Shown in pieces: positions 1 through 11,054 of a stretch of 64,000 bases of DNA. Position 1 is the first letter of the stretch. Every line of letters starts with the position of its first letter. Source of the DNA: an uncultured Spiribacter sp. (GTDB lineage Bacteria > Pseudomonadota > Gammaproteobacteria > Nitrococcales > Nitrococcaceae); contig CALGDM010000007.1 of NCBI GenBank assembly GCA_937884605.1, positions 6,714 through 70,713 on the forward strand, read 5' to 3'. The translations under genes were made by a program, and so were the position numbers. The notes under the pieces were generated by a model. That model had not been told where the DNA came from. It did no database searches and saw only the letters and a program-made list of their open reading frames with translations.

Positions 1-672
1 GCCGAGCTGCAGACCCGGCTGCTGCGGGTGCTCGCCGACGGCGAGTTCTATCGGGTGGGCGCACACACCCCCATGCAGGTGGATGTGCGCATCATCGCCG
101 CCACCCACCAGAACCTGGATGAGCTGGTCGCCGACGGCCGGTTCCGCGAGGATCTGTTTCATCGGCTCAATGTGATTCGCATTCATTGCCCGGCGCTGCG
201 CGAGCGTCAGGCGGATATCCCCGGCCTGGCGGATCACTTCCTGCGCCGGGCCGCGCGCGAGCTCAACGTCGAGCCCAAGCAGCTCGCTCCCGAGGTGGAG
301 CGCCGACTGCAGTCGCTGCCCTGGCCCGGTAACGTGCGCGAGCTTGAAAACACCTGCCGCTGGCTGACGGTCATGGCCAGCGGCCGCCGGGTGGAGATGG
401 AGGATCTGCCCCCGGAACTTGCCGGGGTGGACGACCCAGCGCCGGCCAGCGGCCCGGCCGATTGGGAAAGCGCCCTGGCGCGCTGGGCGGATCAGCAGGC
501 GGCCGGGCAGGATGACGGCGCACTGGCCGCCGCCCATGGCCGGCTCGAGCGAGTGCTGATCGAAGCGGCGCTGCGCCGCACCGGCGGGCGGCGCCAGGAC
601 GCCGCGCGCCTGCTCGGCTGGGGCCGCAATACCCTGACACGCAAGATCCGGGATCTGCAGATGCGGGTATAA
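1..672 (+). CDS. glnG: Nitrogen regulation sigma-54 response regulator NtrC, C-terminal part (5'-truncated by window)
   Basis: Frame is open from base 1: AELQTRLLRVLADGEFYRVG, DVRIIAATHQNL, GRFREDLFHRLNVI, WPGNVRELEN and a Fis-type HTH (AARLLGWGRNTLTRK). Confidence 0.93.
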   Translation, partial: AELQTRLLRVLADGEFYRVGAHTPMQVDVRIIAATHQNLDELVADGRFREDLFHRLNVIRIHCPALRERQADIPGLADHFLRRAARELNVEPKQLAPEVERRLQSLPWPGNVRELENTCRWLTVMASGRRVEMEDLPPELAGVDDPAPASGPADWESALARWADQQAAGQDDGALAAAHGRLERVLIEAALRRTGGRRQDAARLLGWGRNTLTRKIRDLQMRV

Positions 673-680
673 TCCCGCCC

Positions 681-1157
681 ATGCTGCCCCATGTCGTATT
701 GCACGCCCCCGAGATCCCGCCCAATGCCGGCAATGTCATTCGGCTCTGCGCCAACAGCGGCGCGCGCCTGCACCTGATCCGCCCGCTCGGGTTTGTGCTC
801 GATGACCGGCGGATGCGCCGGGCCGGGCTGGACTATCACGAATTCGCTCGCCTGCAGGTGCACGCTGACTACCCGGCATTTCTCGAGGCGGTGGCGCCGG
901 CGCGGGTCTGGGCGCTGACCACGGGCGGGCGGGTGCGATTTGACCGCCCTGACTATCGCCCCGATGACGCCCTGCTCTTTGGCAGCGAGACCGCGGGCCT
1001 GCCCGATGCGGTGATGGCGCGCATTCCCCACCCGCAGCGGCTGCGATTGCCGATGCAGCCGGGCAACCGCAGCCTCAATCTGTCCAACAGTGTGGCGGTT
1101 ACGGTCTACGAGGCATGGCGTCAGCAGGATTTTGCCGGCAGCGTCGGGCCGGACTGA
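681..1157 (+). CDS. trmL: tRNA (cytidine/uridine-2'-O)-methyltransferase TrmL (SpoU family)
   Basis: PEIPPNAGNVIRLCAN, RRAGLDYHE, LFGSETAGLP and RSLNLSNSVAV motifs. Confidence 0.93.
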   Translation: MLPHVVLHAPEIPPNAGNVIRLCANSGARLHLIRPLGFVLDDRRMRRAGLDYHEFARLQVHADYPAFLEAVAPARVWALTTGGRVRFDRPDYRPDDALLFGSETAGLPDAVMARIPHPQRLRLPMQPGNRSLNLSNSVAVTVYEAWRQQDFAGSVGPD

Positions 1158-1158
1158 T

Positions 1159-2166
1159 TCAGGTCCCGAGGTCGTCGAACTCGGGGCCGCGGCGGCGCTC
1201 CATCAAGGCCGTGGCGGCATCGATGGGCGAGCGTGTCCCGTCAACGACGGACTCGACGGCGCTGCAGATCGGCAGTTCCACCGCCAGCCGGCGCGCCATC
1301 TGACCGAGCTCGGCGGCGGTCCGCACGCCCTCAACCACTTCGCCAATGCGCGTGGTGGCGGCGTCGATGGACTCGCCGCGTCCCAGCGCCAGGCCCATGC
1401 GGCGGTTGCGCGACTGATCATCGGTGCAGGTCAGCATCAGGTCGCCGAGGCCGGCAAGCCCGGTAAGGGTGCGATCGTCCGCGCCCAGAACGGCCCCCAG
1501 CCGGCGGACTTCAGCGAGCCCCCGGGTGACCAGTCCGCTGCGGGCGTTGGCGCCAAACCCCAGACCATCGGCAATACCGGTGGCGATGGCCAGGATATTC
1601 TTGACCGCGCCACCCAGTCCCACACCGATCCGGTCGTCGCTGCGATAGACCCGAAAACGCGGATCATGGAAGTCGGCGCAGAGGCGCTCGGTGACGGCCC
1701 GATCGCGGCCGGCCAGGACCACGGCGGTGGGCAGACCGGCGGCGACCTCAGCGGCAAAGCTCGGGCCGGAGAGCGCCGCCAGCGGCTGCCTGGGCAGGGC
1801 GGCCGCGGCCACGTCATGGAGCAGTCCGCCGCTGGTGTTGTCGAGGCCCTTGGTCGCCCACAGGACCGGTGTATCGGCGGCGACGACCGGCGCCAGAGCC
1901 TGCACCGTGGCGGCAAAGGCATGGCTTGGCACGGCAATCAGCACCGCGTCGGCGCCGGCCACCGCGGCGCTTTGCTCGACGGTCGGCCGGATCCCTGCCG
2001 GTAGCGGGTGATCGCTCAGGTGACGCGGGTTGTGCCGGGTATCGGCCATGGCCCGGACCGTGGCCGGATCATGCGCCCAGAGTCGGACCGCGTGGCCGTT
2101 GCGTGCCAGCACGAGGGCCAGTGCCGTGCCCCACGAGCCAGCGCCCAGCACCGCGTAATCCGCCAC
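1159..2166 (-). CDS. gpsA: NAD(P)H-dependent glycerol-3-phosphate dehydrogenase
   Basis: VLGAGSWGTALA, LSGPSFA, KNILAIA, GLAGLGDLMLTCTDDQSRNRR. Start placed at GTG 2166, just after the secB stop. Confidence 0.94.
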   Translation of the reverse strand: MADYAVLGAGSWGTALALVLARNGHAVRLWAHDPATVRAMADTRHNPRHLSDHPLPAGIRPTVEQSAAVAGADAVLIAVPSHAFAATVQALAPVVAADTPVLWATKGLDNTSGGLLHDVAAAALPRQPLAALSGPSFAAEVAAGLPTAVVLAGRDRAVTERLCADFHDPRFRVYRSDDRIGVGLGGAVKNILAIATGIADGLGFGANARSGLVTRGLAEVRRLGAVLGADDRTLTGLAGLGDLMLTCTDDQSRNRRMGLALGRGESIDAATTRIGEVVEGVRTAAELGQMARRLAVELPICSAVESVVDGTRSPIDAATALMERRRGPEFDDLGT

Positions 2167-2170
2167 CGTT

Positions 2171-2698
2171 CTACTCCGTGGTGCCGGCTTCCTGGCCACC
2201 GGTCTGCGCCTCGGCGCCGGCGTTCTGCTGGCGCTGGCGGGCGTAGAGCGCATCGAAATTGACCGGCGACAGCGTCATGGGCGGAAACCCGGCCTTGCCG
2301 GTCAGGTCACTCACCGCCTCGCGGGCGTAGGCAAACAGCACACCGGGGCAGTAGGCCCCCAGCAGCTGATCGGTGGCGTTGTCCTCGAAGCCGGCGACGG
2401 TGAACAGCCCCGCCTGATGGACCTCGCAGAGATAGGCGGTGGTGTCGTTGACCGTGGCGGTCACGGTGACCGTCAGCACCACCTCGTAGAGGCCTTCGCT
2501 GACGGTGTTGCGACGGGTGTTGAGCTCGACCCGCGCCTCGGGCTTCCACGACTGGGTAAAGACCTCGGGCGCGCCGGGAGTTTCCAGCGAGCTGTCCTTG
2601 AGATAGATCTTCTGGATGGTGAACTGCTGGGGGTTGGCATTCTCGCTGGCGGCCTGGCCATTGCCCGCGCCGGCGGTGCCGTTGTCTGTCTCGGCCAT
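2171..2698 (-). CDS. secB: Protein-export chaperone SecB
   Basis: FTIQKIYLKDSSLETP, YEVVLTVTV, CEVHQAGLF, LGAYCPGVLFAYARE, GFPPMTLSPVNFDALY. Confidence 0.96.
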   Translation of the reverse strand: MAETDNGTAGAGNGQAASENANPQQFTIQKIYLKDSSLETPGAPEVFTQSWKPEARVELNTRRNTVSEGLYEVVLTVTVTATVNDTTAYLCEVHQAGLFTVAGFEDNATDQLLGAYCPGVLFAYAREAVSDLTGKAGFPPMTLSPVNFDALYARQRQQNAGAEAQTGGQEAGTTE

Positions 2699-2736
2699 GG
2701 TGTCTCCTGGATCCTGTTCGATGGTGATTGGTTGGC

Positions 2737-3165
2737 TCAGCCCCGGCCCTCGGTGGGCAGGCTTGCGTCGCGCCAGGCGTTGATCCCGCCGCGCAGCTGG
2801 CGTACGTCCGACCAGCCCTGGGCCTCGAGGGCCTGAATGGCCTTGAGGGTGCGCTGACCATTGTCGCAGTACACCACGAGCGTACGCTGCTTGAAGCGCT
2901 TGAGCCGATCCTGGCGCTGATCGATGTAGGCCATGGGCACATTGATGGCCCCGGGCAGATGACTCGCCTGGAAGGCGTTCTCGTTGCGCACGTCGATGAA
3001 CACCGCGGCGTCCTGATTGTAGAGCCGCGTCGCGTCGGTGGCATCGATGGCCTGACGGCTGCGCCGGTAGTTCAGGTACTCGTTGGCCACCAGGGCGGCC
3101 AGCACCGCGAGCAGCGATGCAATGAGCAGCGGATGATTGGTGCTGAATTCTATGACTCTATCCAT
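2737..3165 (-). CDS. Membrane-anchored rhodanese-like protein (YibN-like)
   Basis: N-terminal TM helix, FIDVRNENAFQASHLPGAINVP, VVYCDNG, LRGGINAW; conserved position upstream of secB. Confidence 0.88.
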   Translation of the reverse strand: MDRVIEFSTNHPLLIASLLAVLAALVANEYLNYRRSRQAIDATDATRLYNQDAAVFIDVRNENAFQASHLPGAINVPMAYIDQRQDRLKRFKQRTLVVYCDNGQRTLKAIQALEAQGWSDVRQLRGGINAWRDASLPTEGRG

Positions 3166-3226
3166 GACCCGGCGCTGTTAGGATGCGTATTGAGCCGAAT
3201 AGTATACCAGCCGAGACGCCACGCCG

Positions 3227-4375
3227 ATGAACCGATGCCTTCTGATCGCCTGTCTGTTGCTGCCTGTCGCCACGGCCAGCGGTCAGAGCGACGAATTGGC
3301 GTCGCGCGAGGCGCGGCTGGAGGCGCTGCGCGAGCAGATCGGCGACCTGCAGGATGAGCTGGCCCGCGATCGCGAGCGCGCCGGCGGCCTCGAGGCGGAA
3401 CTGGGCCGCCTCGAGCGGCGCATCGGCGAAACCCGCGAGGGCCTGCGCGACCTCGAGGCGGGCATCCGGCAGCGGCGCGAACGGATTGGCGACCTGGAAG
3501 CCGACATCGCCCGCCGCGCCGAGCAGAGCGAGGCGCATCGCCGGCAACTCGCCGAGAGCCTGCGTGCCACCTACCGCCAGGGCCGGACGCCGGCCCTGCG
3601 GCTGCTGCTGAATGCCGGTGAACCGGCCCGCATGCAGCGGCTGCTGGTGTATCAGTCACGGCTTGCCGGTGCCCGCACCGAGGCCGTGCAGGCCGCGGAA
3701 TCGGCGATCCGCGAGCTGCGTGAACAGCGCGCCGAGCGCGAAGATGCCCTCGCGGCCCAGCAGGCCGATCGCGCTCGACGCGAGCGCCAGCTCGAGGCCT
3801 TGCAGGACAAGGTCGACGAGCGCGACGCCCTGCTGGCATCGACCCGCGAGCGGATCCGCGAGCAGGACGACCAACTGGCCCGCCGCCGCGACGAGGCGGA
3901 ATCCCTCAACCAGCTGATCGAGGATCTGCGCGAGCGACTGGCCGCCACGGGGCCGGGCGCGGAGGGCACGGTGGAAATCTCGGCGGGCGGGTTGATCTGG
4001 CCCCATCAAGGGCCGCTGCTGGCACGTTATGGCAGCCAGCGTGCGGCGGATCTGGACTGGACCGGCCTGCTGATCGGCGGCCAGGCGGGCGATCCGGTCA
4101 ATCCGGTGGCGGCCGGGCAGGTGGTGTTCGCCGACTGGTTGCGCGGGCTCGGTTTGCTGCTCATCATTGATCACGGCAATGGGTATCTGAGTCTCTACGG
4201 ACGCAACCAGGCCCTTTACGCCGACGTGGGTGACCGGGTGACAACACGCGACGTGATCGCCACCGTCGGCCGCAGTGGTGGACGGGCCGAGACGGCGCTT
4301 TATTTCGAATTGCGCGCGGAAGGTGAGCCGGTGGATCCGATGAGCTGGCTGCAATCGCGCGATAACCAGAATTGA
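3227..4375 (+). CDS. envC: Murein hydrolase activator EnvC (coiled coil plus degenerate M23 domain)
   Basis: Signal peptide, long coiled coil, C-terminal GQVVFADWLRGLGLLLIIDHGNGYLSLYGRN...LYFELR...PVDP. Confidence 0.9.
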   Translation: MNRCLLIACLLLPVATASGQSDELASREARLEALREQIGDLQDELARDRERAGGLEAELGRLERRIGETREGLRDLEAGIRQRRERIGDLEADIARRAEQSEAHRRQLAESLRATYRQGRTPALRLLLNAGEPARMQRLLVYQSRLAGARTEAVQAAESAIRELREQRAEREDALAAQQADRARRERQLEALQDKVDERDALLASTRERIREQDDQLARRRDEAESLNQLIEDLRERLAATGPGAEGTVEISAGGLIWPHQGPLLARYGSQRAADLDWTGLLIGGQAGDPVNPVAAGQVVFADWLRGLGLLLIIDHGNGYLSLYGRNQALYADVGDRVTTRDVIATVGRSGGRAETALYFELRAEGEPVDPMSWLQSRDNQN

Positions 4376-4382
4376 GGATGGA

Positions 4383-5678
4383 ATGATGCGCATATCCGGA
4401 CTGCTGCAGGGCCTGACGGTCGGGGTGCTGGTGGCCCTGCTGATCGCCAACGTCCAGACGGTCACCGCGCAGTCGCCGGCCACGCCCGATGACGACCTGC
4501 CGCTCGAGGAAATCCAGCGCTTTACCGAAGTCTACGAGCGCATCCAGCGCGATTATGTTGAGTCGGTGGATGATGATGAGCTCATCCGCAATGCCATTCG
4601 CGGCATGCTTTCGGGCCTTGATCCGCATTCCGCCTACCTCGATCGCGACGCCTATCAGCGCCTTCAGGAGGGCACGCGCGGCGAGTTCGGTGGTCTGGGC
4701 ATCGAGGTGGGCACCGAGGATGGCCTGATCAAGGTGATCGCCCCCATCGACGGCACACCGGCGGATGCCGCCGACATCCGCCCCGGCGACCTGATCATGC
4801 GGGTCAATGGCGAATCGGTGAAAGGCATGGGGCTGCAGGCGGCGGTGGAGCGCATGCGCGGCGAGCCCGGCAGCGAGGTCACGCTGGGGATTCTGCGCGA
4901 CGACGCCGAAACCACCATCGAGGTCACCCTCGAGCGCGCCGTCATCCAGGTCGACAGTGTCCGGGCCCGGGTGCTCGAGTCGGCATTCGGCTATGTGCGG
5001 GTCAGCCAGTTCCAGTCACGCACCGGCGAGGATGTGCTCGAGGCCATCGATGGGCTGCGTGACCAGGCCGGGCCCCTCGAGGGGCTGGTGCTGGATCTGC
5101 GCAATAACCCCGGCGGTGTCCTGGACGCTGCGGTGGCGGTCAGCGATGCCTTTCTCAGCCGGGGCGAGATTGTCTCGACCAGCGGCCGGGTGGAGCGGTC
5201 CCGCGATGCCTTTACCGCCACGCCCAACGATGCCCTCAATGGCGCGCCGCTGGTCGTGCTGGTGAACGCCGGTTCGGCATCCGCGGCGGAAATCGTCGCC
5301 GGCGCCCTGCAGGATCACGGGCGCGCGGTAATCATGGGCGAAGCCACCTTTGGCAAGGGCTCGGTCCAGACCATTTTGCCGCTGCGCAACGGTGCGGCGG
5401 TCAAATTGACCACGGCGCGCTACTACACCCCCGACGGGCGCTCGATTCAGGCCGAAGGGATCCGGCCTGACGTCAAGGTGGCCAATCTGCAGGTGAGCGA
5501 CGCCGAGGTCCGTTCCGGCCCGCTGCGCGAATCCGATCTGCCGCGGCACTTGCGCGGCGATGGTGAGGCGGACGGGACCGGCGATGCGAACCCGCCGGCG
5601 TCAGCGCTGGCGACCCGCGACTATGCCCTGGCCGAGGCGCTCAATCTGCTCAAGGGCCTGACCATCCTCAGGGACTAG
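4383..5678 (+). CDS. ctpA: Carboxyl-terminal processing protease (S41, PDZ)
   Basis: [57 protein letters not shown]. Confidence 0.93.
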   Translation: MMRISGLLQGLTVGVLVALLIANVQTVTAQSPATPDDDLPLEEIQRFTEVYERIQRDYVESVDDDELIRNAIRGMLSGLDPHSAYLDRDAYQRLQEGTRGEFGGLGIEVGTEDGLIKVIAPIDGTPADAADIRPGDLIMRVNGESVKGMGLQAAVERMRGEPGSEVTLGILRDDAETTIEVTLERAVIQVDSVRARVLESAFGYVRVSQFQSRTGEDVLEAIDGLRDQAGPLEGLVLDLRNNPGGVLDAAVAVSDAFLSRGEIVSTSGRVERSRDAFTATPNDALNGAPLVVLVNAGSASAAEIVAGALQDHGRAVIMGEATFGKGSVQTILPLRNGAAVKLTTARYYTPDGRSIQAEGIRPDVKVANLQVSDAEVRSGPLRESDLPRHLRGDGEADGTGDANPPASALATRDYALAEALNLLKGLTILRD

Positions 5679-7342
5679 TCGCGCGGCCAGGCCGCGACCC
5701 AGATCACCACACCAAGGCTGCCGATGACCCAGCTGACCAGCGGTGCTTCGCCCAGCATGGTGGGGCTGCGCCCATCCAGGCCGGCAACGATGAATGCCGA
5801 GACCACCAGCGCGCCGCCCACCCCGGTGGCAAAGCCGCGCCGCCCGCTCTGACGGATTTCGTGGCGCAGGGCGGTCAGCTGGTGCTGCTGCTCGACGATC
5901 TGCTCGCGGGTGCGGCTGACCTCGCCCAGGGCCTCGTCCACCCGCCGGGGCAGGGTCGGCAGGGTTTCCGCCAGGTGGGGGAGCTCCTGCCGGGCCTTTT
6001 TCAGGAACGCCGTCGGGCCGACCTGCTCGCGCATCCAGCGCTCCAGATAGGGCTTGCCGGTGTCCCACAGATCCAGCTCGGGATAGAGCTGGCGGCCCAG
6101 TCCCTCGATGGCCAGCAGCGTTTTCTGCAGCAGCACCAGTTGGGGCTGGATTTCCATGTCGAACCGCCGTCCGGTCTGGAACAGCCGCATGAGGAGCGCG
6201 CCCAACGAGATCTCGCCCAGCGGCCGCTCGAAGATGGGCTCGCAGACGGTGCGCATGGCGCTTTCGAAGGCATCGATGCGGGTGTCCGCCGGGACCCAGC
6301 CGGATTCGACATGCAGCTCGGCCACGCGCCGGTAATCGCGGTTGAAAAAGGCCATGAAGTTATCGGCCAGATACCGGTGGTCCACCGGGTTGAGCGAGCC
6401 CATGATGCCAAAGTCCACCGCCACGTAGCGCGGATTGGCAGGGTCGCGCACGTCGACAAAGACATTGCCCGGGTGCATGTCGGCATGAAAGAAACTGTCA
6501 CGGAACACCTGGGTAAAAAAGATCTCGGTGCCGCGCTCGGCGAGGGCCTTCATGTCAACGCCGGCGCGGTGCAATCCCTCGATGTCGCTGATCTGGACGC
6601 CGTGGATGCGCTCCATGACCATCACCCGGCGATGGGTGCCCGACCAGTGCACTTCGGGCACATAGAGCAGATCGGAGTCACGGAAGTTGCGCTTGAGCTG
6701 GGTGGCGTTGGCCGCCTCGCGCATCAGATCGAGCTCGTCGTGCAGCGTCGTGTCGAACTCGCGGATCACCTCCACCGGGCGCAGGCGAAACCCCTCGGCC
6801 CAGTAGCGCTGGGCCAGCCGGGCAAACAGGTAGAGCACGCCCAGATCGCGGCCGATGGCCTGCTCGATGCCCGGGCGCACGACCTTGACGATGACATCCT
6901 CGCCACTGTGCAGACGGGCGGCATGAACCTGGGCGATGGAGGCCGAGGCCATGGGCTCGGTGTCGAAATGCGCGAACCAGGCATCCACCGGCTGCTGGTA
7001 TTCATCCTCGATGATCGCGCGCGCCTCCTCGCCGGGAAACGGCGGGACGCGATCCTGCAGACGGGCCAGTTCGGCGGCGATGTCCGGCGGCAGCAGGTCG
7101 CGCCGGGTGGAGATGATCTGGCCGAATTTGACAAAGATCGGGCCCAGCTCCTCGAGCGCCAGGCGGATCCGCTCACCCCGCGGCCGCTGACGACGCGTGA
7201 ACCAGGTCCAGGGCATGAACACCCGCAGAAAGCGGAACGGCCGGAACCAGCGGGTGGCAAACAGGACCTCATCGAGGCCGTGGCGCAGCAGGACGATGTT
7301 GATCTGCGCGAGGCGCAGCAGCAGGCGGATACGGCGGATCAT
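5675..7342 (-). CDS. ubiB: Ubiquinone biosynthesis kinase-like protein UbiB
   Basis: [46 protein letters not shown]. Confidence 0.96.
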   Translation of the reverse strand: MIRRIRLLLRLAQINIVLLRHGLDEVLFATRWFRPFRFLRVFMPWTWFTRRQRPRGERIRLALEELGPIFVKFGQIISTRRDLLPPDIAAELARLQDRVPPFPGEEARAIIEDEYQQPVDAWFAHFDTEPMASASIAQVHAARLHSGEDVIVKVVRPGIEQAIGRDLGVLYLFARLAQRYWAEGFRLRPVEVIREFDTTLHDELDLMREAANATQLKRNFRDSDLLYVPEVHWSGTHRRVMVMERIHGVQISDIEGLHRAGVDMKALAERGTEIFFTQVFRDSFFHADMHPGNVFVDVRDPANPRYVAVDFGIMGSLNPVDHRYLADNFMAFFNRDYRRVAELHVESGWVPADTRIDAFESAMRTVCEPIFERPLGEISLGALLMRLFQTGRRFDMEIQPQLVLLQKTLLAIEGLGRQLYPELDLWDTGKPYLERWMREQVGPTAFLKKARQELPHLAETLPTLPRRVDEALGEVSRTREQIVEQQHQLTALRHEIRQSGRRGFATGVGGALVVSAFIVAGLDGRSPTMLGEAPLVSWVIGSLGVVIWVAAWPRD

Positions 7343-7956
7343 TGCGTCCCCCCGCGGCGCTCGAGCCGCCGCAGCCGGGCTTCGAGGCGGTCAACGCCCT
7401 CGCGGATCCGGTCAACGTCATCGAGAAAATGCCGGGTTTCGGCGGCGGTGGGCAGCCAGCGGCGCTCTTCAGTGGCCAGTTCGACGGCATTGCGCAGCAG
7501 CGTATCGGCGCTCTCGCGGCCCCAGCGGCCGCCCTCGCGCAGCCCGGTGGCCATGCGGGCGGCGCTGGCCTCGCCCACCAGACGCGCCAGCTGGGCCTCG
7601 ATATCCACATCAAGCTCGCTGAAAAGGGTGCGGACCTCCTGGATTGTGCCGATATCGCCGCGAAAGGAGACCTCGCGACTGCGCTGCCCGCGGGACAGGA
7701 CCAGGCCGGTGAGCCCGGCCAGCGAGGCCTCCAGGACCACATCGCAGTCGTTCATGTCGGTGCCATCGTTGATCAGCGTTACGCCGGTGTCGCTGAAGGT
7801 GACCCGCAGGGCCACCGCCGGGTCGGTCAGACGCAGCCCCATTTCGCGACCGTCCAGCGGTGCCAGGCGTGCGGGCGTGCCGGGATCGAGGGTCAGAATG
7901 CGGTTGATGCCCGCCTCAATGGGGCCCAGTGGCAGCCACTCAGTAGACATGGCCAT
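7339..7956 (-). CDS. ubiJ: Ubiquinone biosynthesis accessory factor UbiJ (SCP2 domain)
   Basis: Lies between ubiE and ubi[10 protein letters not shown], and C-terminal [19 protein letters not shown]. Start could be 7950. Confidence 0.85.
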   Translation of the reverse strand: MAMSTEWLPLGPIEAGINRILTLDPGTPARLAPLDGREMGLRLTDPAVALRVTFSDTGVTLINDGTDMNDCDVVLEASLAGLTGLVLSRGQRSREVSFRGDIGTIQEVRTLFSELDVDIEAQLARLVGEASAARMATGLREGGRWGRESADTLLRNAVELATEERRWLPTAAETRHFLDDVDRIREGVDRLEARLRRLERRGGTQ

Positions 7957-8704
7957 GGTGGAGCGCGACCACCCCCCCGCTCAGGTTGATGTAACCGACA
8001 TCCTCGAAGCCAGCGGCCTCCATCATCATTTTCAGTGTCTCCTGATCGGGATGCTGGCGGATCGACTCGGCCAGATAGCGATAGCTTTCGGCGTCCTGCG
8101 CCACCAGCCGGCCCATGAGCGGCAGCATGCGAAACGAGTAGAGGTCGTAGACCGGCTGCAGCGGCGTCAGGTAGAGCGATGAGAACTCGAGGATGACGAG
8201 TTGCCCGCCGGGCCGCAGGGCCTCGCGCATGGCCTGCAGAGCCTCGGGAATGCGGGTGACGTTGCGCAGGCCGAAGCCGATGCTGATCCGATCGAACTGG
8301 CGCGGCTGAAACGGCAGCTGCTCGGCGTTGGCGAGCACGTAGTCCAGATTGCCGGTGACGCCTTCGTCGAGCAGCCGGTCGCGGCCCGTCTCGAGCATGG
8401 CGGCATTGATGTCCGAGACGATCACCTCGCCCTCGGGGCCCACCTGAGCCGCGAGTCCCCGGGCGAGATCGCCGGTGCCGGCGGCCAGGTCCAGCACCCG
8501 CTGACCGGGCCGGGCATTGATCAGCCGCAGGGCCTGACGCTTCCAGAGCCGGTGCAGGCCGGCCGACATCAGGTCGTTCATGACGTCGTAGCGGCTTGCC
8601 ACCGAGCTGAACACCTCGCCCACACGCCGGGCCTTTTCCGCCACCGGCACGCGCTGATAGCCGAAGTGGGTTTCGTCGTTCTGATCCGAATCAAAGCCTG
8701 TCAT
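7940..8704 (-). CDS. ubiE: Ubiquinone/menaquinone C-methyltransferase UbiE
   Basis: [49 protein letters not shown]. Confidence 0.96.
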   Translation of the reverse strand: MTGFDSDQNDETHFGYQRVPVAEKARRVGEVFSSVASRYDVMNDLMSAGLHRLWKRQALRLINARPGQRVLDLAAGTGDLARGLAAQVGPEGEVIVSDINAAMLETGRDRLLDEGVTGNLDYVLANAEQLPFQPRQFDRISIGFGLRNVTRIPEALQAMREALRPGGQLVILEFSSLYLTPLQPVYDLYSFRMLPLMGRLVAQDAESYRYLAESIRQHPDQETLKMMMEAAGFEDVGYINLSGGVVALHHGHVY

Positions 8705-9093
8705 GCGCTGCCTCCCGCGTCCCGCTGATAGCCGGCGGCCGCCAGTGAATCGAGATAGTCCTGCCAGTAGTCCAGGGCGTTTTCGCCCAGATCGTAGAGC
8801 AGGTCCCAGGAATAGAGTCCGGTGTTGTGGCCGTCATCAAAGTGAATGCGCAGGGCGTACTGGCCCACGGGCTCGATGCGCTCGATGCCCACCGACTCCT
8901 TGCCCACCTGGAGGATTGCCTGCCCCGGGCCATGGCCCCGTACCTCGGCGGACGGCGAGTGGACGCGCAGATACTCGGCGCCCAGATCAAAGTGGCAGCC
9001 ATCGTCAAAGCTCACCGCCAGGGTGCGGGACTGGCGGTGGAGATGGATCTGCGTGGGCACACGGCCGGTGTTGCGGCGCTCGGGGCGTTTCAT
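8701..9093 (-). CDS. DUF971 / GBBH-like N-terminal domain protein
   Basis: [40 protein letters not shown]; typical hslU-DUF971-ubiE context. Confidence 0.88.
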   Translation of the reverse strand: MKRPERRNTGRVPTQIHLHRQSRTLAVSFDDGCHFDLGAEYLRVHSPSAEVRGHGPGQAILQVGKESVGIERIEPVGQYALRIHFDDGHNTGLYSWDLLYDLGENALDYWQDYLDSLAAAGYQRDAGGSA

Positions 9094-9100
9094 GGCGACC

Positions 9101-10435
9101 TCAGAGGATGTAGCGACTCAGGTCTTCGTTGCCGGCGAGATCCGCAAGCTGAGCGTCCACATAGTCGGCGTCGATGCTCACGGTCTGGCCGCTGTGATCG
9201 GCGGCGCTGTAGGAGATGGTCTCGAGCAGGCGCTCCATGATGGTGTGCAGCCGCCGCGCGCCGATGTTTTCGGTGTGGGCGTTGACCTGCCAGGCCATCC
9301 GGGCGATGCGATCCACGCCATCGGCGGTGAATGCCAGTTCAACCCCCTCGGTGCGCAGCAACGCCTGGTACTGGCGGACCAGCGAGGCATCGGGGTCGGT
9401 AAGGATGGCGACAAAGTCCTCCACCGCCAGCGATGACAGCTCGACACGGATCGGCAGCCGACCCTGCAGTTCGGGGATCAGATCCGAGGGCTTGGAGACG
9501 TGGAACGCCCCCGAGGCAATGAACAGGATATGGTCGGTGTTGACCATCCCCGACCGGGTCGACACGGTACTGCCCTCGATCAGCGGCAGCAGATCGCGCT
9601 GGACGCCCTCGCGGGAGATGTCGCCGCCGCCACTGGCGCCGCTCTGCTCGGTCTGCCGGGCCACCTTGTCGATTTCGTCGAGGAACACGATGCCGCTCTG
9701 CTCGACGGATTCGATGGCCTTCTGCTTGATCTCTTCCTCGTTGACCAGCCGCGCGGCCTCTTCCTCGCGCAGCACCCGCCAGGCTTCGGCGATGGTCAGC
9801 CGCTGCCGCTCGCTGCGCTGATTGCCCAGGTTCTGGAACATGCCCTGGAGCTGGCTGGTGAGCTGCTCCATGCCCGGCGGCGCCATGATGTCCATGCCCG
9901 ACTGCTGGCCGCGGACATCGATCTCGATCTCGCGCTCGTCGAGCTCGCCCTCGCGCAGCTTCTTGCGCATTTTCTGGCGCGTGCTGTCCTGGCTGCGATC
10001 CTCGTTTTCGCTGCCTCGGGCCTGGGGCAGCAGGGCGTCGAGGATGCGTTCCTCGGCGGCGTCATCGGCGCGACTCGACTGACGTTGCATCTCCTGCTCG
10101 CGGATCATCCGCAGGGCATTGTCGGTGAGGTCGCGAATCACCGATTCGACGTCGCGGCCGACATAACCCACCTCGGTAAACTTCGAGGCCTCGATCTTGA
10201 TGAACGGCGCGTTGGCGAGCCGCGCCAGCCGCCGCGCGATTTCGGTCTTGCCGACACCGGTGGGGCCGATCATGAGGATGTTCTTGGGCGTGATCTCGGG
10301 GCGCAGTGCCGGGTCCACCTGCAGCCGCCGCCAGCGGTTGCGCAGCGCATTGGCGACCGCGCGCTTGGCGTCGCCCTGTCCGACGATGTGCTTGTCCAGC
10401 TCCTGGACGATTTCGCGGGGGGTCATCTCGCTCAT
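9101..10435 (-). CDS. hslU: ATP-dependent protease ATPase subunit HslU
   Basis: [51 protein letters not shown]. Confidence 0.97.
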   Translation of the reverse strand: MSEMTPREIVQELDKHIVGQGDAKRAVANALRNRWRRLQVDPALRPEITPKNILMIGPTGVGKTEIARRLARLANAPFIKIEASKFTEVGYVGRDVESVIRDLTDNALRMIREQEMQRQSSRADDAAEERILDALLPQARGSENEDRSQDSTRQKMRKKLREGELDEREIEIDVRGQQSGMDIMAPPGMEQLTSQLQGMFQNLGNQRSERQRLTIAEAWRVLREEEAARLVNEEEIKQKAIESVEQSGIVFLDEIDKVARQTEQSGASGGGDISREGVQRDLLPLIEGSTVSTRSGMVNTDHILFIASGAFHVSKPSDLIPELQGRLPIRVELSSLAVEDFVAILTDPDASLVRQYQALLRTEGVELAFTADGVDRIARMAWQVNAHTENIGARRLHTIMERLLETISYSAADHSGQTVSIDADYVDAQLADLAGNEDLSRYIL

Positions 10436-10983
10436 CAGGCCTTCCCGTCACCGAGGGTTTCGATGGTCAGCGTGTGATTGGTGTAAATGCAGATATCCGC
10501 GGCGATGCCGAGTGCCCGTTGGACAACCGTGGCGGCATCCAGATCCGTTTCGGCCACCAGCGCCTGGGCGGCGGCCTGGGCATAGCCCGACCCCGAGCCG
10601 ATGGCCATCAGCTCGCGCTCGGGCTCGACCACATCGCCGTTGCCGGAGATCATCAGCAGGCTTTCGGCGTCGGCCACCATGAGTAACGCCTCGAGCCGCC
10701 GCAACGCCCGGTCCGCGCGCCAGTCCTTGGCCATTTCCACCGCCGCGCGGGTGAGTCGCCCGCCGTGGCGCTCGAGCTGGCCCTCGAAGCGCTCGAACAG
10801 CGTGAAGGCGTCGGCCGTGCCGCCGGCAAACCCGGCCAGCACCTGATCGTGATAGAGGCGTCGGACCTTGCGGGCATTGCCCTTCATGACCGTGTTGCCC
10901 AGGGTGACCTGGCCATCGCCGCCGACGGCGATCTGCCCGCCGCGACGGACCGCCAGAATGGTGGTGCCATCAAACTGCTGCAA
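10435..10983 (-). CDS. hslV: ATP-dependent protease peptidase subunit HslV
   Basis: [41 protein letters not shown]. Start set at TTG 10983 with GGAG upstream. Confidence 0.95.
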   Translation of the reverse strand: MQQFDGTTILAVRRGGQIAVGGDGQVTLGNTVMKGNARKVRRLYHDQVLAGFAGGTADAFTLFERFEGQLERHGGRLTRAAVEMAKDWRADRALRRLEALLMVADAESLLMISGNGDVVEPERELMAIGSGSGYAQAAAQALVAETDLDAATVVQRALGIAADICIYTNHTLTIETLGDGKA

Positions 10984-11054
10984 GACTGCTCTCCGGAGGT
11001 TGCTGGATACGGGTCTTTCGACCCTCAATGTTAACGCAGCCGGGCGCCCGGGGG

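Noticed and set aside
3900..4375. EnvC M23 domain missing zinc ligands, as a possible pseudogene
   Set aside because: A degenerate LytM domain is the normal state for EnvC.
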